From: Octopus sinensis
Lineage: Eukaryota
Direction of reading: 5' to 3'
Assembly: GCF_006345805.1 (NCBI RefSeq)
Contig: NC_043022.1
Span: 5,394,001-5,458,000 of the forward strand
Length of the DNA: 64,000 nt
Shown here: positions 63,480 to 64,000 of the stretch, piece by piece
How the letters are laid out: each line of letters begins with the position of its first letter
Position numbering within the stretch: position 1 is the first letter of the stretch
Position numbers and translations under genes: made by a program
The notes under the pieces: model-generated
Told to the model about the DNA's origin: nothing
What the model saw: the letters and a program-made list of their open reading frames with translations, nothing else
The model's database searches: none

Positions 63480-63698
63480 AGGCAGCAAGCTGGCGGAATT
63501 GTTAGCATGCTGGATGCAATGCTCAGTGGTATTTTGTTTGTTGCTATGTCCCGAGTTCAAATTCCGTCGAGGTCGACTTTGCATTTTATCCTTTTGGAGT
63601 TGATAAATTAAGTACCAGTAAGATGCTGGGGTCAATGTAATTGACTAGTCCCTTCCCTCAAAATTTCAGGCCTTGTGCCTAGAGTAGAAAGGATTATT
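63480..63698 (+). mobile_element. SINE family C variant (alternative 3' end)
   Basis: ggcagcaagctggcggaa..gtcgactttgcattttatcc..ggccttgtgcctagagtagaaagg. Confidence 0.8.
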
Positions 63699-64000
63699 TA
63701 GAGATACATATATTTGTGTGTACGTTTATGTGTGCATGTATGCATGATAGGAAACATTTGCGCAAAGTGCTATGCAGTGGAACTGAACCTGAACACCTGT
63801 GGTTCAGAAGTGACATCTTAACCACACAGCCATCCCTGCACCTAGATGTAAATACTATTTTGAGAATCATCAGTTGTTGACACAAACTTCCATAATATTT
63901 AATCAATTCAATTTTTTTTTTTTTTCACTCACTAATTAGTAGTTAATTAAGCCTGAATAGAACCATTTTTGTCAGATGATTAAATTGGTCTCTGAACATC

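Overview
Eukaryotic, AT-rich, repeat-saturated DNA. The tRNA/CORE-type SINE families, the very high microsatellite load and a divergent 18S fragment best fit an octopus (cephalopod) genome; this is an inference, not a database result. I found no intact multi-exon gene, no CRISPR array and no prokaryotic system. Almost all ORFs in the supplied track are microsatellite or SINE artefacts. The window is a mosaic of (TA)n/(CA)n/(TAA)n/(GGT)n arrays, at least five tRNA-derived SINE families (my labels A, B, C, D, F), and 3' remnants of LINEs (R4/Dong-like RLE elements in TAA tracts, RTE, CR1). It also holds mariner remnants, hAT-, Tigger-, mariner- and piggyBac-like MITEs, and a complete non-autonomous Helitron. 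Highlights: (1) four unrelated minimal type I hammerhead-ribozyme motifs, one with a perfect core, in short Penelope-like islands mostly lodged in microsatellites; (2) a ~190-bp 5' 18S rRNA fragment between two 201-bp direct repeats with junction microhomology; (3) an RTE 3' UTR whose hairpin-containing ~60-bp module varies in copy number between insertions; (4) a 120/140-bp satellite born from a SINE end; (5) a ~237-bp near-perfect palindrome; (6) several minus-strand micro-exon candidates suggesting the window may be mostly intronic. Repeat boundaries were read by eye and may be off by some bases.
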